The notes under the pieces were generated by a model. The model was not told the DNA's origin. It searched no databases and was given only the letters and a program-made list of their open reading frames with translations. A stretch of 63,738 nt of DNA, counting the filler, from Rhabdomonas costata (lineage: Eukaryota): assembly GCA_019059605.1 (NCBI GenBank). It is 50 parts of 50 records of this genome, joined end to end, with 100 filler letters (N's around TTAATTAATTAA, not from the genome) between each part and the next. Parts side by side here need not be neighbours in the genome. Positions count along the whole stretch, not along the records: positions 24,265 to 25,441 come from JAHMHO010024907.1; positions 25,542 to 26,718 come from JAHMHO010024908.1; positions 26,819 to 27,995 come from JAHMHO010024909.1; positions 28,096 to 29,272 come from JAHMHO010024910.1; positions 29,373 to 30,549 come from JAHMHO010024911.1; positions 30,650 to 31,826 come from JAHMHO010024912.1; positions 31,927 to 33,102 come from JAHMHO010024913.1; positions 33,203 to 34,379 come from JAHMHO010024914.1; 42 more parts are not named here. The stretch is one strand, 5' to 3'. Made by a program: the position numbers and the translations under genes. This document shows positions 24,784 through 37,417 of the stretch, piece after piece. Positions within the stretch are counted from its first letter, which is position 1. Each line of letters opens with the position of its first letter.

Positions 24784-27700
24784 CTGAGGCGCCCAGTTGA
24801 TATTTCTTATTGTACCTTCTTTTCGAGACCGTCCACCTTGAGGACCCAGTCGACGGTTATCTGGCTCTTCAAGCATTTCCAGTGCGACATCATATTAACT
24901 CATCACATTCTTCTGGAAGGATTACAGTTCCAAAAGTTCACTCTGTGACTTCCTGTTGATTGGTCCCTCAGATTTGCTTAGGTCGATGCGCAAATTTATT
25001 TGGCCGGTGCTTTGCCTTCCCCGTTTTTGTTGCCGACCTGTTAAGATTTTTTGTCCTTTTCTTGCGGTGATTTATTCACGACGTTTAAGCGCACTTGTGT
25101 GCGTGTTTTTCTGCGTGGGGGGCGTGCTTTGCTATGCTGTCATCTACGTTGGCCTGTCCCCATGGCGGAAACCGAAATCGTTACTACCCGAGCTCATCCG
25201 CACACAAAAGGACCACGCACGAGGGAGCAAGACACGAACAGGAAGAGATGAGGGCACGAGATCGCTAACCGCCTACATAACATGAGAGAGTGGCGGGGCT
25301 CATAATTGGTGGGAAGATAGTACTCCTGCGTTTGTTTGTTTGGCCGCTACCGTCGTTCTCTACGCCGAATCTGGGGCAGTTTGGGGGCATTTTGGTCCCA
25401 TTTTGGTCAGGACATTTTCGACTTGGCCACATTTCCGCGGTNNNNNNNNNNNNNNNNNNNNNNNNNNNNNNNNNNNNNNNNNNNNTTAATTAATTAANNN
25501 NNNNNNNNNNNNNNNNNNNNNNNNNNNNNNNNNNNNNNNNNGGTTTGTGGGAGAATCAGCGAATGTTTCTCCTGTTGTACATTCATTCGCATCAAATGAA
25601 CGTCAAATTCTCCAGGAGATTTTCCGGAAGAGGAAACATTTTTTATGAACCGACGAAACGTCAGAACAGAAAGGACGCTTGTCGCATCGATAAGGTCAAA
25701 AAGTGAGGTCAAACAAAAATCAAACAAAAACACTGAAGAGTGGCAGAAAGGTCAAAGTTCGATTGGGCTAGAACAACACTTCGTGCGGTATGGCTTCCGC
25801 CCTTCTCCCCTCGCAATGCAGGCAGGAATGAACCTTTTCGCAAACCAGCCAGCAAGTGTACCGGACATGTAGGTGTGTGGTGGTTCCGGGGTCCATGTCA
25901 GTGAGAGGCTCACCTCTCCACACAAAGGCCAGGGCACGGGCTGCGTCCGCGTCCGCGGCTATGGGGGAGACTGCAGGGAGAGGTCTTCGCACCCGAGCAC
26001 CACCGGCGACGGACTACCAGACAAGACACAACATAAAAAAACAACTTTCCGAACAGCCAACTGATAAAGCTCTGTTGAGTGCACTTTTTTTTGGGACAGT
26101 AATCCCCCTGCATATCAACGCTCTTCAGGATGCTCTCCAGTGGAACAAGAGGTCCCACTTTGACACAAACAGAAAAAAGAAATAATGGCAAAAAAAACGC
26201 GGGCGAAATTGATGTAAGTCAAGGCTAGAGCAGCGTGTTGGATAACTGGATTACCAACGCAAATGGATTTCGCTTTTTTTCGCGCCTCCTCTCCTACTCT
26301 TATCCCCTGCCTTTGAAATGCCGCCGGCAATGTATTCTACCAAACGTTTTTCTTATCGTTTTTCTGACCTCACAGGCGGTGTATGTTTCCTGTTTCCTGA
26401 CAGGTTCTGGGGTATGTTTCCTGTCGTGCGGCCAATAAACCACGCATGTATGGCATTTGTACCTGCTTATTCGCAATGATGCGCACTGCAACATTTTTTT
26501 AATATGAAAAGCAGCTGGTAATTCATTTCGGCATTATTTAGACCCACAGTATCCTTAACTTCTGCCGGACTCGTTGTGTGGTGGTGACATTCAAGCGCAT
26601 TCACAAAACTCATTAGTTGCACAACTTATATTTGACACTCACCCACGCACTCAAAAGCAGAGGCAAGAAAAGTGTGCTTTGAGCAAACCGAGCACACGTG
26701 CCTCCTCCTCGACTTCACNNNNNNNNNNNNNNNNNNNNNNNNNNNNNNNNNNNNNNNNNNNNTTAATTAATTAANNNNNNNNNNNNNNNNNNNNNNNNNN
26801 NNNNNNNNNNNNNNNNNNGGGGGGTGGTGGCAAGGCTCACCCATGTGGACGGGTAGCCCGTCATGCTCATCTCGGAAGGGATCTCGTCCACATGGGTGAG
26901 CCTTGCCGCCACCCTTCCCTCCCAAGTCTGCAAAGGGGGATTCTGCCCCCATTCATTTTTCGCACATAGCGCTTTAGCATAGTGTAATGTGTGCTTCTGT
27001 TTGTGTATGGTTCACTTTACGGTGACATGGATGGATTTCGAAGCGAGCTCTTTCATTGAACCTTAATATGACCGAGAAAAACTGGAGTTCTACCACGACC
27101 TCACCGCACTGGGGAAGGTTGTTGAGCATTTCTGGACCAAATCATATATATTATTATTAGCGCAATCTTCGGCCTCCGGAACGTCGGTTCCGTGTTCAAC
27201 CAAAGCAAGGAATGAATTTTTATCGGCGGGTGGCTTCCCTGCTTTTGGGGTGCTTCCTCCCCGGTTGGTTTTCTCAGGAAGTGGCCAGCGCGGATTCCTC
27301 GACGTTCGCCGCGGTTCTCGCCATGCAGGTCTGGTAGAGGGTGCGCTGGGTTGCGGGAGGTGGGAGATTCACTGGGTCCGGATCCTTGCTTGGACAGAGT
27401 TTCGCCTTGGTTGTGCCTTTTTATGGGTGGTGTGGGGGGTAGAGGGCGCCAGCTTCCGTTTCCATCACCGAAGTATCGCCGGACGAACTTGGAGGATGGT
27501 CACTCATTACCGATATTAATGAAGGTGTACGGCAAAGGACAGGCAGGTTGATGCTTGTCTCCATTTTAGCAAAGAAAATCTCCAACCCGAAAAAATGGGG
27601 AGCGGGATGTGACGGCGGGACTGTACAGTGTGCAGTTGTGTACTGCCAAACTGTGAGGTCTTTTGAGAAGTGAGTTACCTTCGGTTTCTTCGTCGCCTTC

Positions 27701-28851
27701 TCTCTTTCTCCCTCTTCTACCTCGTTTTTGTGCGCCCAGGATGGAACCGAGGTGGTTGGCGAAGAGCAGGAATCCAACGAGCTGCTGGATCAGGTTGCCT
27801 GCAACGCTGAAAACACAAAGTTATTGTTATCCTCAAGCTACTGGATAATTCCACGTGGCGGACTTCCATAGGAGGACCTACTTCTGTCCCATTCAGATGG
27901 CCTGGATTCTCTCATCCCTCTCACTCCGGTTGATGTGGGAACAACAAACCCTGCCGTTTTCTTTCAACACTTTTTGAGCGAAATTCTTGCATACANNNNN
28001 NNNNNNNNNNNNNNNNNNNNNNNNNNNNNNNNNNNNNNNTTAATTAATTAANNNNNNNNNNNNNNNNNNNNNNNNNNNNNNNNNNNNNNNNNNNNGGGTT
28101 TGTTTTTCTCCGGTCCTGCTTACCTCACCTCATTTCACCACCATGTGTTGGTTTGGACCCCGTCTAAGGAATCCAGGGCCTGTCTTCTATATTATACTAA
28201 CTTGAAGGGCACAATGAAGGGGAAACCTTCATTGGCGAACAAATAGACATCACGCACAGCGCCCTCGGAAAAAATGCTGGTTACCTGCTGGCTGAGTGCT
28301 CTGATGGGGTTTCTGCTCTTTCAGGATGTCTGGGTAGAGGTTCGAAATTCTTGGGATTGCGGTTCACCCCTTCCTTATGTGTGGAAAAAGATTCTTCGAA
28401 CACAAGAGTTCACGAGCGACTCGAGATGTCCCATGTATCTTGAGGGGAAGGACGAACTCAGTGCATCACGCAACTTTCACTCAAGCCCAATGGTGAGATT
28501 TGTTTGCGATGAAACGCTCGCAAAAACAGGCGAAAAGCTATGCAAGCACGGGTGTTTCTTGAGATGTTTTGCAGGCTGTTGCTGCGCGTTAGCTTTATGC
28601 GGACTTGAAGCCAGCTGCTGCGTTGAATTTGCTTTGGGGGACTAAAGCCGACTTATATATGACTGGACTGGGTCTGGACTGGAGACTGAGAAATGTTTAT
28701 AAAATATTTAACTCAGTTATGAACAAAAGTCAAAAATATCATAATTATTATAAAAATCTTCACAACAAAGTACGTACCATTGTACCGTTGCCTGCTATCT
28801 TCGTATATCTATTTAGTTGTTTAGTTATCTGATCTGCATTATTATTTGTTG

Positions 28852-29145
28852 ATGCAAAACGATTTAACGCCCGCCCCCCACGGCCCCGACCTAACCCCGG
28901 GCGCTGAGGGCGCGGGCTCTTCGGCCTCCGAGCCGGCCCACTTCGCCCTCGGCCCAGTGCTGAACACCGAGCCCCTGATGGTCCACATGAACGGCCATCC
29001 GAAAATGGTGTCAATACAGGATGTTCGGTGTTCGCCAATCATGATTGCAATCTGCGATCATGGAAATACGTTGGCACAGTTGTTCACGTCGAAAAAAGTT
29101 CTGACGGAAGACCAGATCAAGACCCTAACCTACCAACTGTTCGCG
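28852..29145 (+). CDS. Protein kinase-like fragment (subdomains IV-VIa)
   Basis: GHPKMVSIQDV...IAICDHGNTLAQLFTSKKVLTEDQIKTLTYQLF, then a gtagg donor. No Gly-loop or VAIK motif visible upstream. Confidence 0.55.
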
Positions 29146-31033
29146 TAGGTTTTTATTCACAGACAAGGATTGGCATTGGGAAATATCAAGCCAGAAAACA
29201 TGTTAGTTGACAGGCAGTGCAATTTGAAACTTGGTGGTTTCCATACTGCTTACGGCAACACGACCAACCACANNNNNNNNNNNNNNNNNNNNNNNNNNNN
29301 NNNNNNNNNNNNNNNNTTAATTAATTAANNNNNNNNNNNNNNNNNNNNNNNNNNNNNNNNNNNNNNNNNNNNTGTGGTGGTTGGCGGAGAGCTACCGCTA
29401 AATGTTGGTAATGATGCTGTCCACTGAATGAGAACAATACATTGAAGTACACGCGTAGCTGTTTTTGTGCCCACAGTGTCGCTCTGAAGAATCTGATGAC
29501 TTTCTATTTTGAGAGCGTGTTTAAAATGGACATCATGTGGCAGGTAGCTCTCTGGATTGCCGATTACGGTGGGAAGCGTTGACGAGGACGTTTTGGTGGT
29601 AAAGAGATGCTAGCAATTAAAAAGAGTTCCGCAAAAACGATGAGGGAAAATATTCAGTACTTTGCCATGCCGCAGCTGTACCATTTTGAGGAATGCCGCT
29701 ATTCAATCGTGGACGCTGTGTTACGGACCGAAACTACGAGGCGACTCTGTCAAAACAAGAAACTTTATTCTTCATGTATTGGTGTTGCCGAATCTGCGCT
29801 TTGGCACACGTAGGTTGTAGTTACGTTACCATTCCGCATGTAGGTTGTCGTTTATGGTTCGGAGTTTAGTGGCGTTGCATTAGAACCTCGGTTGCCTGGT
29901 TGGCGCTTTTCTACTTCTGCTATCTATGCTTTTCAAAAGAAGTGAAAACAATTGTAAAAACCAAAACAATAACAAAACCAGGTAATTTGGAATTAGGTGG
30001 TTTTTTTAGAATTTTGTAAAGAAATAATACAATTCAAAATAATCTAGTAGGTATGATTGATTCTCTAAATCACCAGGTATATGAAATTAAGTTGGTTCTC
30101 GTTTGTAATGCACTTCCGATCGCATCAGGATGCATAAAAGACAACCAATAACACACCAACAATCAAGAGAGAATGTTTGGCGTTGATCTTGCCATAACCA
30201 TGTGCTACAAAATAATTATCCAGCGGGCTAGAAATTGCACTCCTGAGTCACTTTGTTTTGCCAGACATTAGTATTGAGGCAATTTCACTCCACAGATAGC
30301 CCAGACCTCTTGGAGAGAAATCTGTGAGCAAATAACACATGTAAAAAGCTCCAATACAGCAGAGAAATTGCCACACAGCGCAGTAGAGAGCGCATGTGCA
30401 AAAGCTTGCAATTATGGTAGCCACATTCATCGCGTGACGCAATTGTGCTTATACGTCTGTGAGAAATATCCTTGGAATATTGCTTTAAACAATAATCTGT
30501 GATCTAAAATTGTACTCGAAGAGCAAAACTGTGAGTAGCACACCCCACCNNNNNNNNNNNNNNNNNNNNNNNNNNNNNNNNNNNNNNNNNNNNTTAATTA
30601 ATTAANNNNNNNNNNNNNNNNNNNNNNNNNNNNNNNNNNNNNNNNNNNNGGGTGTGTTGTTTTTTTCGTCTTTTTACTGAATGCTCTTCCAAAATATATC
30701 TGTTCTCCCTGAGTCGAATTTTTTTAGTTGCACAAAACAGGACCTCTTCCGAGGTTTTGTTGCACAACAACAAGCGCGTGTCTTTTGGGGCATGTTTCAT
30801 GAGTACTTTATGGAGGGGTTACACTTTCGAGTGATAGGCTCCTGGAGCGCAACATGTCTCAAATCTTGCCATAAAAAGCGGGAGAATCCTGATGGCACTG
30901 ATGGGGAAGCCCTACATATGCTGGCCAGTGTGTTTTGTGTCGATTTGGAAAAGCCGTTGCTTTGTTCTCTTCTCGGGATTGCATGGTATACTGATCGCCT
31001 GGATCGCGGTACCCTCCGAGTTTTTTTTCACAG

Positions 31034-31278
31034 GCTTCAACTTATCTCCTGTTATCGACCACTGCCAGTACCTGGCTGGACCCCGAGGGCAACACCCCTC
31101 TGAGTTTTCTGTTTGTGTACATCTCCGATGGGCTGGAATTCCGGTTTGTGTACATCTCCGATGGGCTGGAATTCCGGTTTGTGGACAAGTGGGAGTACAG
31201 CATCGCCACGTCCGTGAGGGTAATGGCCCCCACTCTGGTGGGAGCCACGAACAGCTGCGTCATCGGCCTGTACGTGAG
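31034..31278 (+). CDS. Exon of a REJ-domain (polycystin-1-like ectodomain) protein
   Basis: Bounded by cacag and gttcgc; LLLSTTASTWLDPEGNTPLSFLFVY...SCVIGLYVR matches the REJ W.D.....PL.Y.F.Y motif. Confidence 0.55.
31111..31183 (+). repeat. Exact 33-bp in-frame tandem duplication (2.2 copies)
   Basis: gtttgtgtacatctccgatgggctggaattccg repeated; encodes FVYISDGLEFR twice. Confidence 0.95.
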
Positions 31279-32106
31279 GTTCGCTCGGTCCCCGCTCATT
31301 GCCTGTTTTCCAGCTTTCCTTCATTTCCATTGTTTTGGCTCTCGTGCACTGGGAGTCTCCCCAACCCCCCACGATGCGGAATCATTCATCGAGGCGCTTC
31401 TTAACATATGAATAATCAGCGTGTGATGAACAATGTTTTTTATTCTGTAGTAATGCGACTGATACGACGCTAACAGCTGGAAATTTGACGAACAATGGGG
31501 CAAAAAAACAATCGACGATGGAGCAGGATACAGCGCTGATTGGGCATCTGTTGTTCCTCAGCTGGAAATAGCACTATTGTTTGAAGACTGACTGGTGAGG
31601 GGACCGTTTTCTTCTCTTGGTCTTCATCACTCTGTGATGATGACGTGAAGAATGGGTTGCTCCTGGTTCTCATCAAGTTACAGACACTAATTCTTTGTCG
31701 TGACTTCGCATGGTCTCTTGGAGGTTATTGTGACAGTGCGCTGCATCAGCCCCGTTGAATACTTGCAGTGGCATAGCGAGTGCATGGCGATCTATTGGTT
31801 TCAGAGATGCTCTGAAACCAAAAAAANNNNNNNNNNNNNNNNNNNNNNNNNNNNNNNNNNNNNNNNNNNNTTAATTAATTAANNNNNNNNNNNNNNNNNN
31901 NNNNNNNNNNNNNNNNNNNNNNNNNNGCTTTTTTCTTAGTGTTAATGTGCAGTGCACGGCGTTTTGGGTGGAGCTTGAGCCAATTCTTCAATGAGGTCAG
32001 ATCAACTGGTTTGGGTTGTTTCTAAGCGTAACAAGATGCAGTGGATGGTCTGAGGTCATCGCCTTTTGATATCATTCCGCATCTTTTCATGAATTGGTTT
32101 TCCCAG

Positions 32107-32600
32107 AAGCAGAACGATGACCTGATCCACAAGATCGAGCAGGACCTCGCCACAATGAAGACCAAGATGGACGAGGAGCAGGAGGGGATGCGGTACCGCG
32201 AGCAGGAATTCGATGAGATGACCAAGAAGACCAACGACAGCCTGCTGGCCAACCAGCGCGGCCAGGACAAGGTACCCGCGTCCCCCTCCCTTACCCTCAC
32301 CATACGCACGCCCACAACGACATCCGCTGAGATGCGCAAATACAGCTGGGTCCAACCGCACCCTCCATCATTTACGTTCAGGTTGGGTAAGGTTAGGATT
32401 GCACCGTATTGGGGCCGGAAAGATAGAAAGATCACCGTTGTTGTTTGATTGTGGTGGAAGAATCAGGGTGCAGTTCCGGTAATGGTGACATGATAACAAC
32501 CCGTAACTGACGAGTTCATTGACAAGCTCCTTCCTCTCGTACAGGTGTGGGCGGAGATCATGTACTCCTTCAAGGACCTCAAGGCGCTCTCGGATGCCAG
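32107..32600 (+). CDS. Paraflagellar rod (PFR) family protein, two exons (32107-32271, 32545-32600)
   Basis: KQNDDLIHKIEQDLATMKTKMDEEQEGMRYREQEFDEMTKKTNDSLLANQRGQDK|VWAEIMYSFKDLKALSDAR aligns by eye with the PFR1/2 segment DL..........S...L..N...QD..W..I......L..L...R; GT-AG intron. Confidence 0.7.
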
Positions 32601-34070
32601 GTATTTTTCCATCACCGGTGAGGTTGCCTTCGGCTTTAGCAGAATCCTACCGAAGCTCCACGACTGCTGAGGGGATGGACCTTTGAAACCTCAGGGTTAG
32701 GAAGCAGCACAGCTGCTCGCGGAGGGTGGTGGGAATGGCAAGGAATCGCGATGAGGGGGGGGGTACTGTATTTTGCTTTTGTATACTTTTTTCAGAGTTT
32801 CAGAGTGAAGAGTCGTTGTCACGTGACTTTCTTGTTTTTGTTTCGTTGTCGTAATTTTCTCTTTGGAAGCCTTTGGCGACCTGGCTGATGTGAACAGGGG
32901 ATTGCTATTTTAAGGATGGATTTGTTCCCGGATGTGCTAGATGCACTACTATGTGTCCGTTTGTATTCCCTGGATACCGACCATCTTCCCACCCAAGGAG
33001 CCAAGGAGCCCAGGCCAAGCTAGTTCGGTCATCAGATAGTTGCCTTGCAGTATGACAGCAACTTTCACAATGCAGATTATTGTGCTCTTTCCCCAACCAA
33101 CCNNNNNNNNNNNNNNNNNNNNNNNNNNNNNNNNNNNNNNNNNNNNTTAATTAATTAANNNNNNNNNNNNNNNNNNNNNNNNNNNNNNNNNNNNNNNNNN
33201 NNGGGTTTAGTTTTATTAAAAATGCAAGTGTACCGCTGAAATTTGTCGGAAAATTTCCTACGGTATTTTCCAAATCAACCATCAGGCTTTAGAATCCATC
33301 TCCATCAAAGCTTTTGCTTTTCTGAGAGTTTTCCAATACTTTACTTGTAAATTCCCTCTTGGCTTTCTCTTACCTCTTTCAGAGCTTCCAAAAATCCCAA
33401 CCACCAACGAAGTCTCGGAATCAGGCGGCGTGCTTTTCTTTTCCTGTTAGTCTCTATTCCTTCTCTCGATCTTCCTCTGTGTGTGTTCCTGTGTGAGCTG
33501 TGATCCCCGGCCGGTTAAAGCTTCCACCGATGATTCCTCCCTACAATTGAATAGAAAGCAAACTGGGATCATTTCCGTTTCAACAACAAAGCGGATGCGA
33601 CCAAGGTGGTGCGCTGGCTGTTCTATTCAAAAAAAAACTTCCCACCGCTACCAGGTGACATCGCCGCGGGATGGTCGATTCGAACGAACTTGCTTAAATT
33701 GAACCAGCCCTTGACAAACGGCGGCCGGCGAAGATGGAAAAACAAGGGGGTTTGGGTCGACCGACACCCGACCGGCAAGGAAAGCTTTTGGCCCCGCCAC
33801 GGACGGGACCAGATAGCTTTAAAAACGGGCGGCCGGTGGAACGCCGGTGTTGTGCGGCAAATAAAGCCGAAAGCAGGCGAAAGGAGTGATCTGGCGGCGC
33901 CCAGAATCAGAAAACCGGTCAAAGAAGTTCATCCGTTGAACCCGGCGAAAACCCCCCCGGCATAACCAAGAGATTGTAACAGCGCGCAAAAAGCCAGGTT
34001 CGGGTGTTTGTGCAGCGGGTTCGTGTGCCCCATGCCGACGATTGGGTCCGAGTAAACCTGGGCGTTCCGG

Positions 34071-34378
34071 GCGGGGCGGGCCCCCCATGGGCGCAGGGGA
34101 AAATATGCAGGCAGCAGGCGCCGACTCTACGAAAATAAACGTTCCCACAAAAAAGTCACAGACCAGCCAGTGTCAGGCACAAGCGTCTCTGACCGAAGTT
34201 CCGATGTCGTCTGCTCATAAACTGCCCAGAAAAATGGCGGACTGCAGTTTTACAGATTTTCGATCGTCGTCAAGGTGGCAGCGTCTCTGCGCCCATGCGG
34301 GGCGGGCCCCCCATGGGCGCAGGGGAAAATATGCAGGCAGCAGGCGCCGACTCTACGAAAATAAACGTTCACACAAAA
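34071..34378 (+). repeat. About 80-bp direct repeat at 226-bp spacing (34071-34152, 34297-34378)
   Basis: gcggggcgggccccccatgggcgcaggggaaaatatgcaggcagcaggcgccgactctacgaaaataaacgttc occurs twice. Confidence 0.9.
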
Positions 34379-34639
34379 CNNNNNNNNNNNNNNNNNNNNN
34401 NNNNNNNNNNNNNNNNNNNNNNNTTAATTAATTAANNNNNNNNNNNNNNNNNNNNNNNNNNNNNNNNNNNNNNNNNNNNTTTGAGGGAAGGCATATTTTT
34501 AATACAGTTACAGTTCTTTCTCTAATCGCTGTTCTGGGTGTCCTAGGAGGTGTGCCTATTTAGCCTCTTCATCCGGCCTCACCAATCGTTGTGGGCCTCA
34601 TTGAAAATGGGGGATTAGGACCACTTATTTCGGCCCAAG

Positions 34640-34754
34640 CTCAAGGCCTCCGAGAGTCAGCACCTCAGCCACCGGCTGAGGAGGAGGTTCCCCCTGCTAA
34701 CTTGAGGCAGATCATCGAAAGGAAAAGGACAGCAGAGTTTGTCGCCCGCAATGG
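34640..34754 (+). CDS. SURP/SWAP module fragment (SF3A1/Prp21-like splicing factor)
   Basis: VPPANLRQIIERKRTAEFVARNG versus the SURP consensus PP..R.IIDKTA.FVA.NG; GT follows. The start is approximate. Confidence 0.65.
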
Positions 34755-35126
34755 TGTGTGTGGATGGGGGGGCGGAGGTGACATACGATCCTGATCACTT
34801 CCGGGCCGGACCGGAGATCTAAAATTGACCTCACGACTCGAGCTAGAGAGAGGATTGGGGCTCACATTTGTGGTATGGTGTAGTAGTAGGTTGGCCACTT
34901 CCTCGGACATTTCCAGCGCCTCGGGTGCACTTTTCCGACCTTTGCAGGCCTGCATGCTGAGCCCAAGCTTTCGGTCGAGCCATACGTACTGGTTGAGACC
35001 CACCGAAGTGGGCAGGAATGCTTGGGTTTGCAGCCCTAGAGGCTATTTAAGGCCATTTTGGGGTGTTTTGGAGTCGCTCGGTTCTAGGGTGTTCGTCGGA
35101 AGCCTGTGCAGCAACAGCAGCGCAAC

Positions 35127-35309
35127 CTGGGCCCTAAGGCGGAGCTCCTGCTCGTCCAGCTTCTGCAGCATCTTGCGGTCGGCCATCATCCGGCGGCGCA
35201 TCTCGCCGGTCATCCCCATGGGCTGGCTGGCGTAGCCCCGCATCTGCTGGTGCATCCGCGCGGACTGCCTCTCGTTGCGATACCACAGCCCCAGCGCGCC
35301 CACCCCAAT
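35127..35309 (-). CDS. Internal exon of a hypothetical protein (hydrophobic segment then helical region)
   Basis: 183-nt exon bounded by ctcag and gttgcg, strong GC3 bias: IGVGALGLWYRNERQSARMHQQMRG...KLDEQELRLRAQ. Confidence 0.6.
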
Positions 35310-35884
35310 CTGAGCGGCACAGAGTAACGCCAGCAGTGGACATGAAGCAAATCACCCAATGGGCAGTGCGAATTAGGCTATATAGGGCCACTTGAAGGTA
35401 CCCCTTTGCTGCCTATAGGCCCTGTAGTAGGTATAGTAGGGCCGGCAGGACCATACTATGCCATGGTACCCCTATACCCGGAACCCCTCAAGGCCCCATG
35501 GCCCAGCTATGGGTGGGACCCACCCAGAAGTGGGGGCGGGGTGTTTGATAGTTCGGGTGTGGGGCTGCGGCAGCTAGGCTAAATAGGGCCACCTGAACTC
35601 CAGGTACCGGTTTCACACTTCCAACAAACCTCCTATACCTCCAACAAAGCCCAACCNNNNNNNNNNNNNNNNNNNNNNNNNNNNNNNNNNNNNNNNNNNN
35701 TTAATTAATTAANNNNNNNNNNNNNNNNNNNNNNNNNNNNNNNNNNNNNNNNNNNNGTTTGTTGTTATTCTCGAGTTCATCTTCCATCCAGTGCTGCGCC
35801 TAGCACACTGGTGTGTGGAACGCAAGTGAGCGTAGTCCCCGTTTGTGGCTGTGGTGTGTAACTATTGTCGATGCGTTTTCCCAG

Positions 35885-36409
35885 GTACCTCGTCTCGTGC
35901 GACAAGGACGCGTCGGGCTGCAATGGTTGGCCTTTTTTCTTTTTCTGTGTCCATGCCTGTGTGGTTTGTGTTGGATGTCGTCAAACCCGGCAGTGTCGAG
36001 GCAATATGGAGGATTTTTGTTCCACAGTGGGATGCAAGAACAACCGTTGTGGATGGTTTTGGCTTCACCAATTTCAGGAATACGTTCCGTCGTTGGGCTA
36101 GTTCGGCATTCGGCGTAAGTGTGCCTCCCTCCCTTTCTCCAAGTGTGCGTGGTGCCGGCGCTCGGAGTTGCGGTCGAACCTTCAGGTGGCTGGTTCGCCC
36201 ACTCCTACCACTACGCCCAAGCCCAGCTGAACCTCAACGGCACGCAAGAGCCCGCGCCTGGCGCCGTGCTAAACTCGGAGTACCCGTACACCTCCGGCGG
36301 GGGAACCACCGGGGCGTGCGTCTACGGCCACCGCCACACCGTGCGGCTGAGCAGCGGGCAGCTCAACCCCACCACCACGGACGCGATGATCATGCAGATG
36401 CTTTACCAG
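35885..36409 (+). CDS. Papain-family (C1A, cathepsin L-like) cysteine protease, two exons (35885-35925, 36186-36409)
   Basis: YLVSCDKDASGCN|GGWFAHSYHY...GAVLNSEYPYTSGGGTTGAC contains the CD...GC.GG and YPY motifs; GT-AG intron. Confidence 0.93.
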
Positions 36410-36836
36410 GTTAATGGGATTTTGGGTGGGGGTTTGATGTGTGGATTTCTATGTGGGGAGGCAGAAAGCATCAGTCGGATTGCCGGGGTTTTCCCCTCCA
36501 GCGTAGTCATGCCTTCTTGCGCCCTTCATCTGTATGTTTCAAGTGCCGCTCCCTCGGGCAGTGTACCTTTTTAGCGCTAGTTTTGGGGGCACTGTTGGCG
36601 GATCAATCGCACACCGCGTTTTCTTTTTCGCGGCTCTTCGCTTGCCTCGGGCTACCCAATGCACATGCACACATGCATTTTGCAAATCTGAACCACAGCA
36701 GACATGCCACCTCTTCCCGTATCCATGCCTTCATTGCCACACCCTTGACATGTTAGTCTGATGTGTGTGCACTGTCGTCAACCTTCTATGGATTTGGTTT
36801 TTCTCGGCATGACGGCTTTTACAAGGCTTGGTTCAT

Positions 36837-36925
36837 TCGTACCCTCGCAGTACCATGCCATTGGGATCACGCTGGACGGTGGGTGCAGCTTGTTCCCAAT
36901 GGCATGGTACTGCAAGGGTACGAAA
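36837..36925. repeat. Hairpin with a 39-bp stem (3 mismatches) at the contig end
   Basis: ttcgtaccctcgcagtaccatgccattgggatcacgctg pairs with cagcttgttcccaatggcatggtactgcaagggtacgaa. Confidence 0.9.
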
Positions 36926-37417
36926 CAACCCACNNNNNNNNNNNNNNNNNNNNNNNNNNNNNNNNNNNNNNNNNNNNTTAATTAATTAANNNNNNNNNNN
37001 NNNNNNNNNNNNNNNNNNNNNNNNNNNNNNNNNGGGTTTTGGTTGATGACACGACGTTCAGTCACAGTCTTCGAACAGCCCGGCAAACATGAGCTGAACG
37101 TCGTGTCATCAACCGAAATTTCTGATTCTCCCTACTTCCTTATTCCCCTACTCCCCCCTAAACCAGTTTTAGCTCAATTCTACTGTTCCCAGACTGCACA
37201 ATGTGCCCTCTTCACTTTCCCATAGCATTTTTTTCCCATAGCAACCCCTCCTCTGTGTGCGGGTTATCCTTAAACGCAAAGCGATGCAAAATTCACAAGC
37301 TTAAAACGTCATGCCAGTCAGGCTGGAAAGTAAGAAAACGAAGCAAACTGATTTGCTCACCATGGCTGAAAACAACCAATGGGGGAAAATCTGAATGGGA
37401 AGAGGGGTGGCTCGAAC

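Noticed and set aside
26061..26093. Similarity of ctgataaag...tgttg...ttttttt to the 17337-17418 arm
   Set aside because: Too short and low-complexity to define a repeat family.
27030..27795. Several short putative exons with AG/GT boundaries
   Set aside because: Reading frame is ambiguous and no family is recognisable.
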